A DNA stretch of 64,000 nucleotides, taken from positions 124,001 through 188,000 of the forward strand of contig CP158636.1 of the NCBI GenBank assembly GCA_050273025.1. The letters run 5' to 3'. A model generated the notes under the pieces. That model ran no database searches. It saw only the letters and a program-made list of their open reading frames with translations, and was not told the DNA's origin. The position numbers and the translations under genes were made by a program. Within the stretch, counting starts at the first letter, position 1; each line of letters opens with the position of its first letter. Shown here one piece after another: positions 12,635 to 25,600 of this stretch. This stretch comes from Cenococcum geophilum. Taxonomy: Eukaryota.

Positions 12635-15329
12635 CTTGCAAAACGACTACTCTTTATAGCGGACGCCTATGGCCTCCTACTACGCACTTATATAGGTGAA
12701 AGAGTAGCAGCTAGTTGCGAACACGCGGTACACCTCCTTCTGGAGAAGGTATACGCGTTATAGTAAACGGGAGAAGAAGATATAGTAAGCCTGCTTATAC
12801 TCGACGTAAGTAGAGCCTTTAATAACGTATTATACTATAGGCTTATCCACTGCCTCCGGAAACGAAGAATACCTACCCTAATAGTTAACTGGATTAACAG
12901 CTTTCTTATAGGAAAGTTTACCTACATTAAGCTACCAGAAGGCATATTAGAAAGGTTCCCTATACTAATAGGGATCCTATAAGGCTTACCAATATCACCA
13001 ATCCTCTACCTATTTTATAACGTCGACCTCCTAGATATAGCTATGGACGAAGACGGGCTTAGACACGGACTCGTTATAGGCTATATTGACGACACAAGCA
13101 TTATGGTAAACGGAAGAACTACTAAAGAAATAATAAAGACGCTGGCGATGCTGCACGAAAGGGCGGAAAAGTGGGTAAACTAGCACGCCTTAATATTCGC
13201 ACTATAGAAGTACGAGCTTATATACTTTATCCCCCTAAGAAAGAAGATATCGGAAGAGAATGGGAAGTGTCCTTTAGTGCTTTAACTAAAGAATGGAAGG
13301 ATATAGACGATCTAACCAATAATAAAGGCCCAATACTTAGGAGTTATCTTAGATAACTAACTATCCGGAAAGGCATACCTAGGCCACGTTGTTAAACGGT
13401 TAACAGGCTAGCTTATATGTCTATCTAGCATTGTAGGAACTACGTAGGGTATTACAGCCAGACATATAAGACGGCTGTATACTACCGCAGTTATACCACG
13501 TATGCTATACGCAGCCTCTTGCTGGTACATACTGGAAGAAAGATATAGGTTTATTAAAAGAGCTAAATAAGTTCACTGGGTGCTTATAAGGGTCCAATAT
13601 AGAGCGCTCTGCCTTATAATGGGAGTATTTCGGACTATAGCTAAAGCCGTACTGGAAGTTAATATGCACATCCTACTTATTAAAGTAGCGCTTTACCGCG
13701 TAGTAGAGTCTTCCCTAAATCGCATTAGAGGCTTACCGCTGTACTATAAGATCCTATAACTAAGAAGATCTGCCCTAAGCAAATATTAATGGTATAGCCC
13801 TCTCTAGAAACTGGAAAATAATGCCATGCTACGCCTCCCTGAGGGAATACTACCTATAGAAGAGATCCGCCTAGAGAGGCTCTACCCCTAGGTCGAACTA
13901 CTATAAACCTATATTACTAGGGATAAAGAAATAGCAAAGTAGGAGTACGACTAGATTGTGTAGGAAACTAAAGACAACCTAAGATACTTCCTAGCGTATA
14001 CTGACGGAAGTAAAGTCAACGGGGAGGTTGGCGTTAGTATGCATACCTTAATTAGGAATGGAGGTAACTAATTATATAGAGATAAACTAAGTTAGTAGCA
14101 TATACGCTAGAGAGCTAAGAGGCCTTTAACTAGCCCTAGACCTAGCACTAAAATATTCACTATTAATTAGAAGACTTATGATATTTACGGACAGCTAAGT
14201 AGCGATTTAAGCAGTAGTAAAGCCTTAGAATTAATTAGGATAGTACTTAGTATATAGAATAAGGTAAAGGCTTTTAGCAGCACAGATAATAAGCATAAAA
14301 GTTGTAATATACTAGATCCCTTTATACGCGGAGATTGGAGGAAATAAATAAGCGGATATCTTAGTAAAGTAAGCAATAGGATGGAGAAAGGAAGGGATAG
14401 GATAAAAGGCCCCCACCTTCCCCTCCTTATAGAGCCTATTAGCGGTAGTAAAGAGATATATAAAAGCCTGAATGGAAGTATACTGGGAGAGGGAATAGGA
14501 GAGAGGTAAAACTGGAAGGGAGTTATATAGATTAGCACTAAAGATTTTAAAGTAGAGACTTAAGATACACAACGACCTGCTAAAGGCCCTTTTGGCTATA
14601 CTTACCTAGATCTAAATAGGAAAGGTAGCTCTAAGGAGCTACCTCTATAGGATTAAACGTGCGCCTAACTTAAGGTGTATATGCGGGGACGAATAGATAG
14701 GACGACACGTCCTAGTCAAGTGTCCCAATTTCAAAAAACTGAGGAAAGAAATATGGTCGCATAATAGCCAACCTTAAAGCATTTAAGAGATCTTAAACAA
14801 AACATGGTCAGTAAAAAAGGCAGTAATCTATATGGTATAAGAAGGCCTCCTAGGGCAGTTTTTAGAGGCCAGGAATAGACTAGAAGTGACCGCTTAAGTT
14901 TCTCTTAACAGCAGACGCTACGTACGATATTGGCGGAAGATAGATAGCATTACGGTAAGAAAACAGGCCCGTAAAACAGGCCTAGCTTTAATATACAGTA
15001 CGGAACGGAGGTAATTTAGGTACTTACTACTTTTTAATTATTTAATTTCGATTATCTCCTTTATATAGGAACTTACCCTACCTAAATATGTCCTTATAAT
15101 TACATTACTCTGGCATTTAATTTAGACTTAGCGATTTTAGGCGTTTGCTTCTCTCCTGGGCACTATATACCTACAGCACGTGGTAGATAAGCGGATAAGA
15201 GCCTTACGGAATTACTGCTGTAAGTGAGACGGGTGATTACCCAGGACTACCTCTGTAAAATAGAAGACCTAGTATAGCGCCCTTAGGGCAGCTAGGGCGG
15301 CGTATAATTTTAAAAAGGGAAGAAAAATT
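12635..15329 (+). mobile_element. 5'-truncated Tad1-like LINE (RT, RNase H, zinc knuckle), RIP-mutated
   Basis: SLLILDVS(G)AF(D)NV ~12790; (Q)G(S)PISPILYLFYN ~12980; GYIDD ~13080; AYTDGS ~13995; IFTDS(Q) ~14180; (W)IP.(H)..IGGN..AD ~14315; CICG..HVLVKCP ~14680. A-rich tail at 15312-15327. TSD AAGCTTT(G/A)ATCTG at 12622-12634 and 15330-15342. Confidence 0.92.
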
Positions 15330-15515
15330 AAGCTTTAATCTGATTTCGGTATGACAAATATGCCGAAATTAAAATAACCTTAGCGATATATAAATATTAC
15401 TTTATAACTTTGCAAATATCCCTCTCTATATATAATGCATTTACTTTATAAACCTCTATAAGCTGTTATATAGGCCCTAATATAGTTATAAGCTCTACGT
15501 CTACAGGAGGTTAAT

Positions 15516-15754
15516 TATTATAGCACTAGTAGAAAATAGCAGCTAGTTATAGTTATAGTAGACGTTATAGTAGACGTAGGGCTTACGTGACCCCTACGTG
15601 ACTAGAAGATTGTATAAAACCTCAAGCGGCGCCACTTGTCTTTCTCCTTTCCTTTTCTCTAGCTTTAGATCTTCGTTAATAGACAATCTAATTATATAGG
15701 CTTGCATGCATCCTCCTTGCCATACTCATAGCTTGATTAACTAAGTCGCTAAGA
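15516..15754 (+). mobile_element. Solo LTR related to the LTRs of the Gypsy at 40321-48849
   Basis: Same start (TATTATAGCACTAGTAGAA) and 3' half (TAGCTTTAGATC..AAGTCGCTAA). TSD TTAAT on both sides. Confidence 0.85.
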
Positions 15755-15813
15755 TTAATTTTAATATGTTAATATATTAAAAAAGGCTGATTTTGGCATG
15801 TTAATATGCTAAA

Positions 15814-16006
15814 TATTATAGCTTAAATAAATGCCTCTGAACCGAAGCTTAAATAAATGCTGTATTATAAAGATACAAAGCTAAGGAGAAGAGAAGAGGT
15901 ATATATAGGAGGTAGAGATATAATATATACGCGTTAGGACGCTAAGTCTTTAGCTAAACCCCTAACTAGGCTCCCTATCTAGGTTACGCATTATAGTACC
16001 GTAATA
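15814..16006 (-). mobile_element. Solo LTR related to the LTRs of the Gypsy at 32666-38737
   Basis: TATTATAGCTT..TCTGAACCGAAGCTT..TGTATTATAAAGATAC..AAGCTAA matches 32666-32740; ends CCGTAATA. TSD imperfect. Confidence 0.7.
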
Positions 16007-16035
16007 CCGACAGTATAAAGAATTAATCTTCTAGT

Positions 16036-16518
16036 TATTAACGACTCAGTCAATTAAGGCATGAGTATGGTGAGATGGACGCGCAAGCCTATACGATTGG
16101 ATTGTCTATAAACGAGAATCTAAAGCTGTTAAACGGACGATCAGGAATGAGAACTCCGTTTATTAAAGAGGGCCCTAGAAGCCCCCCTATATATATTAGG
16201 TAGGTCTAAATACAATAATAACGACGTCGTTATTTAGTAGGTCATAGTTAAGAGAAATAGGTAATAAGACGTTTGATAAGATATACGAGCTTAAGATATA
16301 AGATAACTGAGATATAGTTTATATAGACGATCTAGGTCGTTAGACAGTATTATAATAGTAGTAAGGAACTCCGATTCAGGTCGACAAAAGCTAAGGAAAA
16401 GGAAAGGGGAGGATAGGTAGTGCCGCTCGAAGTTTTATATAACCTTACGTCACGTGACCGCTATCTATAGCAATTTGCGGCAATTTGCCGGTACCGTAGT
16501 ACTGCTAGTGCCGTAACA
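16036..16518 (-). mobile_element. Solo LTR (40321-48849 LTR family) interrupted by another solo LTR
   Basis: Reverse complement of the LTR at 48639-48849; ends GCCGTAACA. TSD CTAGT at 16031-16035 and 16519-16523. Confidence 0.85.
16127..16386. mobile_element. Nested solo LTR of a different family
   Basis: TGT..ACA termini; TSD AAAGC at 16122-16126 and 16387-16391. Confidence 0.85.
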
Positions 16519-16664
16519 CTAGTGGCGTAAGGAGGTTAGTAAAGCCAGCCTCTTTAATATTGTATTATATAGCTACTAGCCTTCCTTAAACAAATTAAGT
16601 TAAGCATTATATTTTAATAGAAAGGAATAGCTTTTTATATTAAAACTAGGTAAAAAAATTTACT

Positions 16665-16780
16665 AAAAGGTCTCGTTGTTTTGATTTCGGCATGTTTGTT
16701 ATACCGAAATCAGACCAAAGCTTTAAAAGGTTTCGTTGTTTTAATTTTAGCATATTTATTATACCGAAATTAAACTAAAC
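16665..16780 (-). repeat. Two inverted copies of the 60-bp palindromic unit
   Basis: AAAAGGTCTCGTTGTTTTGATTTCGGCATGTTTGTTATACCGAAATCAGACCAAAGCTTT is the reverse complement of the 12200-12634 unit. Confidence 0.92.
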
Positions 16781-16789
16781 CTCTTCTTA

Positions 16790-17356
16790 AGTTAGAGTTT
16801 AAGAGTAAAGTCTTGCTAAGTTGACTTCTATCTGTGTATCTTTTTACTATACTTCTATACTCTATTATATGCTAATAAACCTATATACTTCCTCGTGGCA
16901 TAAAAAGTGTCTCGCGGTATTTTAAATAATAGTCTAAGTAGTGCTGGCAGTAGTATATCCCTTAGGCCTAAAAAAGCATATTTACTATACTTTTTAACAA
17001 TTTCCTTTTACATCTTTTATAGTATTAAGGAATAGCTACGTAGATACAACTACAGATTTTAAACTGTATAGCTATGCTCTTTATATATTAGTACTTTATA
17101 AATTAAGATTATAATATAGAAACTAGTCAGCCGGTTAAGTGCTACTACTATTAGTATTTGTTGTTGCCGTTATTAACGCTGCTAGTATTAATTCGTATTG
17201 TATTCCAGCCTGCGGGTTCTAGCGAACCTCTATTATAACCCTAATACGCTATCTCCTATCTCCATATAATTAAATACCTATAGCTGTATTAATTCTAGCC
17301 TTGGGCGTGACGCCTTAGGAGACACGAACTTTCCTTTTACGCTCACTTCCGCCATT
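16790..17356 (-). pseudogene. Possible small RIP-degraded gene
   Basis: Minus-strand MAGSERKRKVRVS.. start near 17355 with coding-like continuation; no family recognised. Confidence 0.3.
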
Positions 17357-17639
17357 GTTTATTAGCAGTACACGCCCGCCGTATAGGTACGTTACAGTAC
17401 TAACTAATATTAAATATTGGTAAGAGCACTAAATTACAGCACTATAGTTACCATTGGACTATAAACCTTGCATTAATTGCTCCCCGTAGGGAATTGAGGT
17501 GGCATCGGTAAAAAAAAAAGGGTTTAGCATGTCAACATGCCAAAATCAAGTCACGAGTTGTTAAGGACATTACTCTAAGTTTTCTATAATAACATAGCCT
17601 ATATTAAAAATTGATCTTCTAATTTACAAAACATTTTAC

Positions 17640-18330
17640 TCTACCCATATACTACAGCCTGCTTAAAATATCTATTATTACCTCGTCGGCAATAAACATT
17701 ATATCGTAAGACTTTTGCCTATATACCTCCCGCTCCTCTCCTAACTATAGCATATACTTAAGCTCGTCTTAAAAATTACGTCCTGCTAGCTGTTTTAGAA
17801 CTTACCTACGCTATATCTCCCGCTAATACGCGCCCTAACAAACCGGCATTAATATATTAGGATAGTTACTAAGATATAGAATGCTTTACTGCGAGAGCTT
17901 AACCGATAACGTAAGGCACCATACGCCGCAGCAACAAGGACAATACTATTTTTGTCCCGCTATATCGCTATAGGAGCTACCATAAATTGTATCTCCTCTA
18001 CTTTGTCTAAAATAGCGGAAATGGGAATTAAGAATAGTAAACTGTTTTCTACTAGGGCTTAAAACCAATAGGGGCTTAAAACGGGAATCTAAAATCAAGA
18101 AATAGGAATTAAGGGCCATTCTCTCCGCAGGTCCCTGTCTGGAATAAGAACTTCTCTTTAACAGCCTAGTTATTAAGGGCGCGGTGGAGGTCGGGCTAGT
18201 AGGTATACTCTGTACTATTAATAGGTATAAGGTGCTTATCTATAGCGAGGAGGTAGAAAAGCGATAACTTAGTTATATTGCGTTGTATTAGCGCAGCAGA
18301 AGTCCGGGTATATAATTCTTTTACCCTAGA
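17640..18330 (-). pseudogene. Possible RIP-degraded gene with a Cys cluster
   Basis: Minus-strand YCPCCCGVWCLT..VLKQLAGRNF.DELK..GEERE..MFIADEVIIDIL reading. Confidence 0.35.
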
Positions 18331-18924
18331 TCTTTATACTACTTACTTTATTACCTAGTCCTTTTATCTACAGTGCCTTACAGTGCCCTACAACCCGCGG
18401 TGACTGCGCGATAACGTTTTATAATTAACACCATATCTTTAGTAACTTATGCGTAAATAGGCTATTTTCTAGGCTTTAGTAACTTTAATAACTCTAGCGC
18501 GGTATCTATAGCGTATATATTAGGGTAGTAGCGGCCGTATAGAGATGTCGAAAATTTGGTGTTAAGTAATTACTAGGCGGTGAAGCACGGTATTCTGCCG
18601 TAAATTTGCTACCCTTAGCGCGCCAATTAGCTTAGGCGCCCAGCCCCGCCTAACTTTTTACTAGCCTACACATTATTATCCTAGTAATATTACGCTTTAT
18701 TTACTACTTCTCTTTATCTCTAATAAAGCTTTCTTACCACTTTTTATCTTATATTAAAGTCCTGACCCTATATTATCTACTAGTTAACCTTTACACCTTC
18801 TCTTTCTACTCCCTATCCCTCTGCTACTACTCCTATACCTACTTCGTATACCTATAAGCACACTCCGTCTCTTCTTTCTACTTTACTTGTTATATATATT
18901 GGCCGCGCCGTCCTATTAACCGCT

Positions 18925-21560
18925 ATAGCCACCCTACTAGAACATGACCCTAAGCCGGCTAGCTATATAAAGCCCCTAATAAAATAGAGTATAGATAAGC
19001 TAATTGCGTGGATTAAGCGGGATTAAAATATCCTACTTAATAAGGACGAGCGCGCGAAACTAAGAGCGGCGCGTGTTACCGGGCTTGCTTTCTTAAGCTA
19101 TAATAGTGACTGGCGCTTCTTTAGGGATTATGGGCTATTTTATGGGACAGCTATAGTACTTACGAAACTGTTAATAGAGCCCGCGAAAGGGGAGAGTAAG
19201 TTACTATCTTATTATATAATTAATGCCATGTAGGAATTAAGCTAACAGTATTATAGGGTCTGCTGGTATAATAAGTAAGTTTACTATCTTTATTTAAGCA
19301 TATTAAGTATACTATAAGCTAATAAGATTATAGGAAGTATATAATAGGCTAGAGATATAAACGTGTTTAATAGCGCTTCTAAGAAGCCGCGTCTTAAAAG
19401 CGATTAACAGCTCGCCGAAAGTGCTTATTAGCAGAGGGAGCTTATCTAGCAGAAAATTAAAAAGCTCTGCTAGTTATCCGTTGATTTACCTTTCAAAGGC
19501 GTCATTCCGCCTCCTAATTTTGTTAAGCAGTTTTCCAAACCCGCCTTCGGCGCTAAATTACCCTTTCCGTTTATAATTAAGGCATATCTAGATAGATTTA
19601 GTGTTAGTTCCAAAGATGCTAAAAGAAATTGGCTATATATGGGGCGAGAGAAATTTAGGACACTTATATATAAGGTTAAGTGCCTCTATAAAGATAATAG
19701 CAAAACTCGTCTTATTGTCTATAGAACTAGAGGCTATAGAAAGTCTTATCTTCTAGCTGCCCTTATTTATTTATTAGCAGCTAGGAAAATATACGTTATA
19801 TATATCCCTAATTGTTAGGAATTAATAAAAAGGCAAGTTAGATATATAAAAGCCGCAATGCTTTTTACCTAGGCGGGCGATATAAGCAAGTAATAGGCTA
19901 TCTTAACGCTAGACGACCTAAAAGTGATAGATGAATTCCTTAAAGAGCAATCAGCAATATTAAACGTCGTTTTTGTTATTAATTAACTTAACGCTCTAGA
20001 GATAGAGAAGGATGACGACTAAGACACTATTAGCGTAAAGTCAGAATTACGTTAATAGTTAGATGGTTTACTGTTACTAAGAAGAAAAGGAATCCTTAGT
20101 TTATTAGCGAATAACTATAGGATTCTTAGCAGGTTGAATAGGTAGGATAATTATAAAATAATGTATGCCTATAGAGGCTTGACTAAAGTAAGTAATAGGA
20201 GTAGTAACTTATTTATAATAGAGATGGTTTTAACTATAATTTAGAAAGAATTAGCGTATTAGTAGAAGCGGAAAGAAAAGGTAAAACGAGTAAACGGCGA
20301 GAAGTTTAAAGACGATAAGAGGTTTAAAGTCGAAGATTTTACTAGCTGTATCCTATTGCTCTTAAATAAGTATATTATAAAAGGTAAGATTAATTTAAAC
20401 TCTCTATACTTTAAGGCTATTAGCGGAGATGCTTTAAGGTTTAAGTTGGAAATCTAGAATAAAAGTTCTAAGCCGGATTTGGAGACGTATAATATACTTA
20501 TTTTACTTATATACCTTTACTAACGTATTTAGGCACTACTACTATATAAAGGCTTATATTTATGGCCAGCCTATTTAGGATCTATTAATTAATATACTAA
20601 AACTTGTTAACCTCTAGTATTTTTATAACGAATATAATAATAAACTAGAGGAATCCGTAGGGTACTATTTATATAGTATAGCCCGCAATGCTATAGGTGG
20701 GGTACTACTTAAGAAGAGATTGGATTATTATAATATAGAGTTTTTAAATGCGTTGCCGGAGTACATTAACAATCTATCTGTTACTAGGTTTATAATTAAG
20801 CATACTATTTTAGCATCAATTGCGATATATAGTCTCTCCTATCTGCCCTATAGTCCGAGCTTAATTAAAACGTCATTTTTTAAAGGCGAGATTCTACCTT
20901 TTGACACCTTTAAGGATAAAACTGTGCTATATATACCCTAACGTTACAATTTCCTAACTATTAATAGGATAATAGTCCGAACTAAAGGAATAGAAGTTAA
21001 GACTAGAGGGAAAAAACCCTAACAGACCTAAGAAGAAGAAGAAACTAAGCCGAAATTGTTTATATATCCTATTTAGATCACGCTAAACCTAGAGATATAC
21101 TTAGATTCTTAAATAAACTTCTTTAATAAGTGGAAGACATAGACTTGAAATCTTAGCCGGTTTGAAGTGCTGCTAAAGTTCTAGTAGATATCCCCAGAAG
21201 GGGCTTAGGAAAAGCTTTACACTAAAAACAAAAATAACGTACCTAATTATTTTGAACGGAATATTCTAATTAGCTTTATTAGTAAGTAGATCTAGGCGTT
21301 ATATAAGGAAGCGGAAAAATAAGGGAAGTTTTAGTATAAGAATTCTAAGACCGATTTTCCTAGAATAGAACTAAAGGAATTAGGCGGATAAAAGGGGTTA
21401 GGCGAATAAGAAGAGCTAGGGAATAAGGATGGCCTAAGAATAAGAGGCGCTAGAGGAAGAGGCGCTGGGGAAGGAAGAGGCGCTAAAGGAAGAGGTGCTG
21501 TAATTATAAGAAGATATAAGAAGAAGTAAGAGGCTATTAAAGAAGCCTAGATAGACCTAG
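18925..21560 (+). pseudogene. Crinkler-like protein: SAM-like N-terminus, P-loop NTPase, restriction-endonuclease-fold C-terminus
   Basis: (W)SIDKLIAWIKR..LL(D)KDERAKLRAARVTGLAFL (SAM-like); YMGREKF; Walker A VY(G)TRGY(G)KS(H)LLAAL at ~19717-19763; Walker B VFVI(D)(Q)LNAL ~19970; VLYIP..YNF(P)TI(D)(G)IIV and YPI(Q)ITL at ~20925-21085. Several GT..ctaac..AG introns. ORF 20720-20941 is one fragment. Confidence 0.75.
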
Positions 21561-22340
21561 TGTAAGCCTAGAACCATATTATATAACCAATCGTTTAGTT
21601 AGACTATTTTAAGGTCCGCCTATAACTAAGCTTAATATATAATACACACATACACAATATAATTACTTATTATCGATCTGAAATAGATATCCTTGCCACT
21701 ACCTTACCACCTTAATCTTCTAATTTATAATACATTCCACCCTACCTATCTAATTATAGATAAGGAGAATACTAATAGGGCTTTTTTATATATAGGCTTT
21801 AGTACCTAACCTAGCTGGCTTTAACAAAATGCGACCGTGTAAGGTATTGCGCGAAATTTACAGCAATATAGCAGTTGCCGTGTTTAATATAGAGGGCTAC
21901 GCTAAGGGGACGCAATATTTTTAAATATTAAGGCAGGATGTCTAGTAAAGCTTTACTTAGGGATAGCGTTGTAAAGAAACCTTTTATGGCGCTTTTATAT
22001 ATTATTAGTAGGTAAATTACATCGCGCTTTTATATCCCCTCTTAACGAAACTAATAGTATAATTACTACTAACACGCCCCCGGAATATAATGCTGGTAAT
22101 AGGAATAATATACTTTTCCCTACTCCTATACCTATAATAATAACAACTAGACTATTTTAACGCATAATTGCCTTTACTGCCGCTTGCTAGACTTTTTTAA
22201 ATTCCGCTCCCTCTTTAACTAATATTTCTATCTATTCCTAAATATTAACCTAATATATATAGATATACGAGCTTCCTACTCTATTAAATATCAAGCTTCT
22301 TTTTACTTATAACTTCCCTTAATCGTCTATTTTAATAGCA

Positions 22341-22415
22341 TTTATCTCAACACTTATCTTAACACTTATCTCAACACTTATCTTAACACTTATCTTAACA
22401 CTTATCTCGACACTT
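22341..22415 (+). repeat. Second (CTTATCTCAACA)n minisatellite
   Basis: About 5-6 units, same type as 8936-9190. Confidence 0.88.
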
Positions 22416-22619
22416 ATTTATATTAATTATTATCCATTTTCGCAATAATTATATTTTGACATATTGTTAGGGAATTAAAGTGGTATTAGTAAAAAAAATT
22501 AGTTTGGTATGTTAATATGCCAAAACCAAGTCACGAGTTGTTAAGGAAACCGCTCCGACTTTTCTATAATATAGCCTATTTACAAAACATTCCACCCCAC
22601 CTATCTTAGCTAAACTTCC

Positions 22620-25600
22620 TCTACATCCTCTTTAGACTCCGCCTTTTGCTCCGTAATATAATATCTAATTAGATGGAATAAAAATGCTACTACTACTAGT
22701 TATATTACGGCTTACTATTCTACTTTCGTTAGATTTTAATTATATATCTTAGTTCCTGTTAACCCTATTATCCTTATTACTTCTTTACCTACTCCCTTCT
22801 TTACTACTAAAGTCTTCCTCATTCTAAGCATTGCCGCTTTTATCCCGGCTCTATTCTACTATTAGCTCCTCTAGCTCTTTAAGGCTCTTATTCTTAATTT
22901 GCTCTAGTATTAAGAGCTTTAGCGGCTGCGACCGCTCCTATAGCGGTGAAAATCCTTTTAGTCTAATACTCTTCTTTCCTACTACCCAGTACTCCTTACT
23001 CTCCTTAAGCCTATATATCCGTAGCCCTTGCTCTCTATATACTTTAATAAGCTAATATATACCCCATTCTTACTAATTTTGTCTATTTCCTAATGTCTAT
23101 TAACGTGTAGCCCAAAGTATATTAAAAAGCGTGTAAGGCATTAAACGGACTAGAAGCTCTACTTTCTCTAGGTTTATATATACTGCTAAGAACCACATCA
23201 TTCGTCGCCTTAATCCTTAACTATGGCTTGTCTTTATTAATAAAATAAAAGCAGTATTAGACGGGTATAGAAGGATCTAATGCGTTAGGCGGATAAGATA
23301 GAGGAATTTATCTAACCACCTTTTTGCTTTCCTGTATCCTAGTTACCTCTTAACTAACTTAAAGCTTTTTTACAAAATTGCTCGATACGGTTTACTACCC
23401 TAGCCCGTCCGCTTCTCTTCGTCATCCTATAAAAATAAGAAGTCAAGTAGATCTACTACTTTCTTAAACCGCATCTTATTTCCTATTATAAAGTGCGGTA
23501 GTCCTATTACCCTATTAGTGGAAAACATCTCCTTTATGCCTTAGTAGCAGAATCGAAATTCGCCCTTTTATTGCATTACCGCTAGTGCTAGTTCTACTAA
23601 GCCTTTATTAATCTTAAGCATTACCTTTTAAATATCAATGTTAAATTGCTTAAGGTTAAGGACGTAGAGGTATTTAAGCCATTTTCTCAATAGTGATGGA
23701 TTTCTTTAAATATTGTAGCGGTTATACTATAACTCGGCCTAATTAAAGCGGATAAAGACATCCTGGAGATCCTTGACCGCTTTCTACCTCCGCTTATACT
23801 CTTTATACATTAGCATATTTCTAACTAGGATATTCTCGCTATATAGTGGTGCTAGCCGCTATATAGCCCAATTGAACTTCGGTAGAAACCAGCTAAGACT
23901 ATAACGCTCTATACTATCACGCATACTAAGCCCTTCTTTAACCGTGATTTTATAATTATATTCTTGCTCCCAGCGATCTTTATATAAAAGTAATTCCTAT
24001 TATAGAAGATTGCTGCTATAGTAGAACTAGAGTGCTCGCAGGGCAATAACTATAACTATTGTCTCCGGTAAGGAATATGTTATAGCGGTATATATACAAA
24101 CATACTTAAAGAGGAAGTAGTACTTATTAATTTAGGCGTATAGAAAACCAAGGGTCTCTTGAGTTGGGATAATATAATAAGGAAGGGCGTACTAGCTGTA
24201 ATTAATCTTATCATCATCGTATAAGTCCCACTCACGCCACTACTTATAAATCTTACCTACTATCGTAAGAGAAATACGGTGCTCTTTCCTAATCCTATAT
24301 GATTTTTACTAATTATTAATTAGATTGCTATAAGCTCGCCTCTTTCCATAAAGGTAACCAAACTCACAGACAGCCTTAGAAAACGTAATACTTCCGCCTT
24401 CTTACTACAGTGACTAAATATACCCGGGGTCCAACGCAAAATTCTTAAGAGATTTATTATTAAAGATATACGTCTTTGATATGTTAAATGGACCCTTTAT
24501 TAGTGAATAAAATTAGGAATAAATTAGTCCATCCATACTCTCCTTTCTACGTAGTGCAGCAAATATAGTCTGGCTTATCGAATCTCGCATCATTGCCTAG
24601 GAGTATTTGGTGCGCTTAGGATTGCCCCTAGCTTGGCTTCTATTAGTATTAAGGACTTCCTAAGTCTAAGAATACGCTTTAAGGTAGCAACTTCTCTATA
24701 GATATACTTCTGCCTTATAGCTATCTAGTATTTAATTATACGGCAAAGCACTATCTTCTGAGGTTACCTGCTTTACGAGGTCTATAAAAGTCCAATCCTT
24801 ATTATAGAATTAGGGGTCGGTTGCCTTAGACTAGTGATTTTCCCATCTTGTATATACTCCCGTTAAACTAGGGTCCATATATTCAAGTTTTGTATTTTTT
24901 CCGTTTATAAAGAGGGTTGCACCTTAAAACCGCTGGAAGCTAGGATTATCCTTAATAGTCTTAAGTATATAGGTCTAAAGAGGATTAAGGTATTGAGGCT
25001 GTAGTACGTGTCTTAAAAGCTAGTTCTTAGCACATTCTTTTCAGGTAAGAGACTCCGCGGCTACTCTAGCCAAATCTATATTGGCAATATGGGCGGAAGC
25101 GGGATAATGCTGCAAAATATTTAAGCATCTAATTGTCTTGGTTAAAGTAGGACTGAGAACCGCATTATACTAAAGCTATTAATCTTCCTTGCCAAGGTAT
25201 ATGGAGTGCTTATAATCGCTTTCTAGATAGAGCGCTAGAAAAAAGATAAATATAAAGAGTGTCTCTATACCAATAATAGTGCCGAAATAGTAGTAAGGTA
25301 TTTTATAAAGTGGGACGTACTTCTTAGATAATGCTCCTCTACTATTGTATATAGGTACTTTTAGGCTAAAGTATATATCCGCAATAATATTAAGAATAGG
25401 ATAGGCTTTAGGAAACTAATTAATTCTATAATAAGTAATTCCTAAGCTGCTAGGAAAGCAGCAGATGCTATTAATATTAAATATTACTTCAGCACGGCGA
25501 TTCTTATTATTAGTAGAGTAGTGTTATAACAGGTATAGGTTTTTAGGTAGGTTCTTATTATAAGTCCTAATATCTTTAGGGGTAGTAAAGCAACTTATAC

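Noticed and set aside
12180..12641. Three overlapping 20-aa-repeat ORFs
   Set aside because: They are open frames created by the 60-bp tandem repeat, present on both strands.
14185..14572. Hydrophobic minus-strand ORFs
   Set aside because: Antisense to the LINE RNase H region.
17523..17548. Palindrome A as a p53-type site
   Set aside because: The CATG cores are 4-5 nt apart rather than 6, and the flanking T/A arms do not fit.
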